Assembly (NCBI GenBank): GCA_945879785.1
Contig: CAMCVC010000002.1
Span: 1-49,832 of the forward strand
Length of the DNA stretch: 49,832 nucleotides
Source: Staphylococcus epidermidis
GTDB lineage: Bacteria; Bacillota_I; Bacilli_A; RFN20; CAG-826
Direction of reading: 5' to 3'
Shown: piece by piece, positions 46,141-49,832 of the stretch
Layout of the letters: every line of letters starts with the position of its first letter
How positions within the stretch are numbered: the first letter of the stretch is position 1
Made by a program: the position numbers and the translations under genes
Notes under the pieces: model-generated
Told to the model about the DNA's origin: nothing
Databases searched by the model: none
The model's input: only the letters and a program-made list of their open reading frames with translations

Positions 46141-47835
46141 ATGAATAAGATTCACATTCTTTCTTCGCAATTAAGCAACATGATTGCTGCCGGTGAAGTG
46201 GTTGAACGCCCGGGTAGTGTCATCAAAGAATTGGTTGAAAACTCGATTGATGCGAAATCAACTCGCATTGAGATTACGATTGAACATGCGGGTCGTACAT
46301 TAATGGAAGTTCGTGATAACGGTGAAGGCATGAATCAAGTTGATTTGAGTCAATCGATTGTTCGCCATGCCACGAGTAAAATTCAAGACGAATATGATTT
46401 ATTTAGAATCAAAACTTTAGGATTTCGTGGCGAGGCGTTGCCTTCGATTGCCAGTGTGTCAAACTTAACCATTACCTCATCAGATGGCACTGGACCTGGA
46501 TATCAATTAAAAATCACCGATGGTCTGACCACCATCCAACCCACCTCGAGTCGTCAGGGCACAATTGTAACGGTGGAACAATTGTTTTATAACACCCCAG
46601 CAAGATTAAAGTTTTTAAGAAATGATTATATCGAAAGTAGTCATATCATTGATGTGGTCACCCGCATTGCCCTTGGTCATCCCACGATTGCTTTTCAACT
46701 AGTGATGGATCAATCGACTGTTTTTACCACCGATGGCCGAGGGGATGTCTTAAGCATCATGACTCAAATCTTTGGCAAAGACACCACCCAACAAATCAAA
46801 CCTTTTGTCTTTCAATCTCATGATGTGACCATTCAAGGATTTCTTGGATTACCTAGTCTAGCGAAAAGTCATCGCTACGCGATGTATACCTTGGTCAATG
46901 GCCGGTCAGTGACATTACCAAAAATCAATCAAGCTATCCTTGAAGCATATCGACCTTTTTTACCACCTGTGCGATACCCTTGGATTTTTTTACACTTCAA
47001 CGTCGATCCTAGTTTAGTGGATGTCAACGTTCACCCAACGAAAAAAGAAGTTAGATTATCTAAAGAAGAAGGACTTAAACTAGCGTTAATTCCAGCGATT
47101 AAAGAATCTTTGCAAAAACAAAACCTATCTCCCATGGGTACGTATGATCCCTTGCCGCTATCACAACCAACCCTTGAATCAAATCAACCTAACATTAAAG
47201 AAATCAATCAAGAAGTAGGATGGATTCCCTTATCGTTTGAACAACAACAGCAGCGGATGAAACTTACCGTGATGGCACAGATGCACCTTACGTATCTTGT
47301 CTGCAGTGATGATCAAGGAAGTATTTATCTGATTGATCAGCATGCTGCCGATGAGCGGATTCGCTATGAACGGCAACTTGATTTGCTCAAAGATAAACAA
47401 TTAGCCGTTGCCCCATTGGTCCCTGTGATGGTGGATTTAAAACCAAGTCAAATCAAATTATTAACGGAAGAACGACTTCAATTACTCAAGTCTATTGGTT
47501 TAGAATTAGAACCATTTGGTGCCAATGTCTTGAAGGTCAACACGATTCCTTCATGGGCTCTCCATCAAGCTCAGGTTTATGTGGAAGATTTACTCCATCA
47601 ATTATTTGAAGAACCAACCTTACAACCGGATAAATTAAGACTCTATGCGTTGGCCTCAAAAGCCTGCAAGACCAGTATCAAAGCTCAAGACGTATTAACG
47701 TTAGAAGCAATGCAATCACTGGTCAATCGCCTTCTTGATTGTCAGTTCCCTTACACGTGTCCCCACGGTCGTCCGACGATGGTTCAATTTTCCAAACGTC
47801 AATTGGAATCGATGTTTAATCGATCAGGGTTTTAA
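46141..47835 (+). CDS. mutL: DNA mismatch repair endonuclease MutL
   Basis: 564 aa. GHKL ATPase N-terminus IAAGEVVERPGSVIKELVENSIDA. C-terminal endonuclease motif DQHAADERIRYE and CPHGRP. Confidence 0.95.
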   Translation: MNKIHILSSQLSNMIAAGEVVERPGSVIKELVENSIDAKSTRIEITIEHAGRTLMEVRDNGEGMNQVDLSQSIVRHATSKIQDEYDLFRIKTLGFRGEALPSIASVSNLTITSSDGTGPGYQLKITDGLTTIQPTSSRQGTIVTVEQLFYNTPARLKFLRNDYIESSHIIDVVTRIALGHPTIAFQLVMDQSTVFTTDGRGDVLSIMTQIFGKDTTQQIKPFVFQSHDVTIQGFLGLPSLAKSHRYAMYTLVNGRSVTLPKINQAILEAYRPFLPPVRYPWIFLHFNVDPSLVDVNVHPTKKEVRLSKEEGLKLALIPAIKESLQKQNLSPMGTYDPLPLSQPTLESNQPNIKEINQEVGWIPLSFEQQQQRMKLTVMAQMHLTYLVCSDDQGSIYLIDQHAADERIRYERQLDLLKDKQLAVAPLVPVMVDLKPSQIKLLTEERLQLLKSIGLELEPFGANVLKVNTIPSWALHQAQVYVEDLLHQLFEEPTLQPDKLRLYALASKACKTSIKAQDVLTLEAMQSLVNRLLDCQFPYTCPHGRPTMVQFSKRQLESMFNRSGF

Positions 47836-47836
47836 G

Positions 47837-48706
47837 ATGATTTATGTCATTGGTGGCCCCACAGGCACAGGAAAAACTTCCCTTGCGACAACCCTTGCCA
47901 AAGCTTGGCATGCACCATTAATCAATGCCGATGCCTTTCAAATGTATCAAGGGATGGATATTGGCACCAACAAAGACTTGGCATCCTTACAAGGCATTGA
48001 ACATTATTTATTTGATGTCATCTCGCCAAAGGAAACGATGACCGTGGCTCGTTATCAACGAGACGCTCGTCAGCTGTTTGATTCATTACTGAACAAACAT
48101 CCTCGAATTATTCTTGTAGGTGGCACTGGACTTTATGTGAAAGCGAGTGTGTATGATTTTAGTTTTGCCCAACATGAAACCAATCCAGATTTATCAAAAT
48201 TTGAAACGATGAGTAATGAACAACTTCATGATTATTTAAAAACTGTTGATCTAACATCCTCTCAACACATTCATCCTCACAATCGGCGTCGGGTGCTTCG
48301 AGCGATTGCGATTTTAATCGCGACGGGAAAAACCAAAACAGATCAAGAACTCAATCAAAAAAAAGAAATCTTATATCCAACGACCTGGATTGGTATGAAT
48401 CCTAATCGCGACGATTTATATGCCCGTCTTGATGCCCGCGTCATCACCATGGTTAACCAAGGTTTAGTTAAGGAAGTTCAAACTTTAGTCCAACAATATG
48501 GTGATCATCTTCAAGCCTTTCAAGGGATTGGTTATAAAGAAATGATTCGTCATCTCCAAGGTGAACTTGACCTTGAAAGCACCATCCAGTTGATTCAACA
48601 GTCAACCCGACGATATGCGAAACGTCAATTGACGTATTTCCGGCATCAATTTCCAATGACCTGGTATGAGGATTGGCCAACGGCTGCCAAGGAACTGCTG
48701 CGATGA
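47837..48706 (+). CDS. miaA: tRNA dimethylallyltransferase MiaA
   Basis: Start trimmed to the ATG at 47837, 1 nt after the mutL stop. P-loop GPTGTGKTSLA and YAKRQLTYFR. Confidence 0.93.
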   Translation: MIYVIGGPTGTGKTSLATTLAKAWHAPLINADAFQMYQGMDIGTNKDLASLQGIEHYLFDVISPKETMTVARYQRDARQLFDSLLNKHPRIILVGGTGLYVKASVYDFSFAQHETNPDLSKFETMSNEQLHDYLKTVDLTSSQHIHPHNRRRVLRAIAILIATGKTKTDQELNQKKEILYPTTWIGMNPNRDDLYARLDARVITMVNQGLVKEVQTLVQQYGDHLQAFQGIGYKEMIRHLQGELDLESTIQLIQQSTRRYAKRQLTYFRHQFPMTWYEDWPTAAKELLR

Positions 48707-48903
48707 AACAGGTTGCATCTTATCAAGTAGGTCATCAAGTCGAGATGAAAAAACCTCATCCTTGTCTTCAACGTTCGTCTTTATTTGAAGTGATAAAAAT
48801 TGGCGCAGACATTAAAATTAAATGTTTAGGTTGTGGGACGATATTAATGATGACCCGTGACCACTTTAATCAACGTTTAAAAACAGTTCTTCCCGCTAAA
48901 TAA
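48703..48903 (+). CDS. DUF951-family small protein
   Basis: Start trimmed to the ATG at 48703 (ATGA overlap with miaA). VEMKKPHPC....IKIKCLGCG is the DUF951 signature. Confidence 0.8.
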   Translation: MKQVASYQVGHQVEMKKPHPCLQRSSLFEVIKIGADIKIKCLGCGTILMMTRDHFNQRLKTVLPAK

Positions 48904-48928
48904 TTGATTTCATTCCTATTGATATAGG

Positions 48929-49832
48929 ATGAAAGCTCTACACATTGGGTTATCGTTTCCAATGATCAATCAACCATCCAAGGTTGTTTTTCATGGGTTA
49001 TCTTTTGAATTGCCATCCAAAGGACTGGTGGTGATTACTGGGGATTCCGGGATTGGTAAAACTTCTTTGCTTTCGATGATTAGCGGGCAAAAGAAACCGA
49101 CAAAAGGCAAAATCATCTACCCTAAAAACTGGAAGTTAAATCCTCCTCTTTATTTGGAAGATCAACTTTCTTTGGTGCCTACATGGCATATCAAAGATTT
49201 TATGGTTCACCCTGACACCAATGATGATCTACATCAACTTGGTCTACCTTTACATACAAGGAAAAAACGTTTTCAAGAACTTTCAGGTGGGCAAAAAATT
49301 AGAGTCATGGTTGCCTTATTTTTTTCTCAACCAAGTTCTTGTTATCTACTTGATGAACCTACCCATGCATTGGATGAAGCGTTAAGAAGATCTATGATTA
49401 AGTTTTTAACCAATCATGCGAATAACCGATTGATTGTGGTGGCTACCCATGATGCTGACTTAATCGCCCAAGCAAATCATGAATTAAAGATGCGTTCAGC
49501 CTATGAATCCAAATGGATCGATCACCAATTCAATGCAGGAACTTTTATCAAAGAACAAAAAGTGAATTTACCCATGAGGAAACATTGGTTAAAAAAACTC
49601 TTTTGGTTGCATCGAGGACAATGGCTTGGTGTTACCTTAACAATTGCATCGATGATGATTCATGTCGGTTTACTGTTGACCGGATTCATCCAACACTCTT
49701 TCATTCAACAACAAAAACAATATTTAGAGTTAGAAAAACTTGAGCCCTTTTTATCGATTCAAGAAGTTCAGCAAACTGATATTCATCAGTCCCCATTTCA
49801 ATTAACTAAATCCCAAGCCCCTGATCTACAAC
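48929..49832 (+). CDS. ABC transporter ATP-binding domain fused to a membrane domain; 3' end lies beyond the window
   Basis: This ORF is not in the supplied track because it has no stop in the window. I translated it by hand from the ATG at 48929 with no in-frame stop to 49832. Walker A GDSGIGKTS, signature LSGGQKIRV, Walker B YLLDEPTHALD, then a TM segment WLGVTLTIASMMIHVGLLLTGFI. Confidence 0.8.
   Translation, partial: MKALHIGLSFPMINQPSKVVFHGLSFELPSKGLVVITGDSGIGKTSLLSMISGQKKPTKGKIIYPKNWKLNPPLYLEDQLSLVPTWHIKDFMVHPDTNDDLHQLGLPLHTRKKRFQELSGGQKIRVMVALFFSQPSSCYLLDEPTHALDEALRRSMIKFLTNHANNRLIVVATHDADLIAQANHELKMRSAYESKWIDHQFNAGTFIKEQKVNLPMRKHWLKKLFWLHRGQWLGVTLTIASMMIHVGLLLTGFIQHSFIQQQKQYLELEKLEPFLSIQEVQQTDIHQSPFQLTKSQAPDLQ

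Noticed and set aside
49513-49743. A 76-aa plus-strand ORF near the window end.
   Set aside because: It is out of frame within the longer open-ended ABC transporter reading frame that starts at 48929 and carries Walker A, signature and Walker B motifs.
1-49832. The possibility that the organism uses genetic code 4 (TGA read as Trp), as many Mollicutes do.
   Set aside because: TGA terminates several well-conserved genes at the expected length: the YebC-family gene at 331-333, and the ATGA overlaps at der/gpsA, miaA/DUF951 and exonuclease/recU. Conserved proteins are full length under code 11 without any internal TGA.
1-49832. A scan for CRISPR arrays, IS elements or transposases, integrases, phage genes, restriction-modification systems, toxin-antitoxin pairs and known defence-system signatures.
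   Set aside because: None was recognised. There are no regularly spaced direct repeats. No ORF has DDE, serine or tyrosine recombinase motifs. The tRNA genes are not followed by integrase-type ORFs. Every ORF over about 100 aa could be assigned to a housekeeping or envelope family.

Overview
The window is a gene-dense, mostly plus-strand stretch of a low-GC Firmicutes or Mollicutes-type chromosome. It uses the standard genetic code: TGA acts as a stop, including in several ATGA stop/start overlaps, and no conserved protein needs TGA read as Trp. I support about 57 CDSs, 4 tRNAs that all encode their 3' CCA, one RNase P RNA, 5 rho-independent terminators and a few promoter-like elements.

Nearly everything is housekeeping:
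- translation: rplM-rpsI and tRNAs
- Fe-S cluster assembly: sufCDSUB
- tRNA and rRNA modification and partition: mnmG-rsmG-parA-parB
- core metabolism and nucleoid: cmk-der-gpsA-hup
- replication, repair and recombination: cca-dnaD-nth/recU, and gpsB-rnpB-pgsA-cinA-recA
- RNA turnover and mismatch repair: rny-ymdB-miaB-ymcA-like-mutS-mutL-miaA

The local gene order closely follows what I recall of Bacillus subtilis. The cell-wall, sporulation, S1 and Hfq genes that sit between these genes in Bacillus are missing. By inference only, this fits a reduced, possibly wall-less Acholeplasma-like organism.

I found no CRISPR array, transposase, integrase, prophage, toxin-antitoxin pair or recognisable defence island, and I cannot honestly point to a clearly new multi-gene system. 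The least-explained pieces are:
- the envelope block at 3344-7632 (anchored hydrolase, DUF2207-LemA pair, GtrA)
- an MprF-TM-like flippase plus GT4 glycolipid synthase pair
- two tandem parvulin/PrsA-like lipoproteins
- a ParB whose CTP-binding GERR motif is degenerate
- a roughly 220-aa minimal CCA-adding-type nucleotidyltransferase
- a DEDDh exonuclease translationally coupled to RecU
- RNase P RNA packed with no spacer between gpsB and pgsA
- several apparently leaderless genes
- an unexplained roughly 220-nt region upstream of rny

An open-ended ABC-transporter ORF at the 3' edge (48929 onward) is absent from the supplied ORF track. Many track ORFs carry spurious N-terminal extensions, which I trimmed to SD-supported starts.
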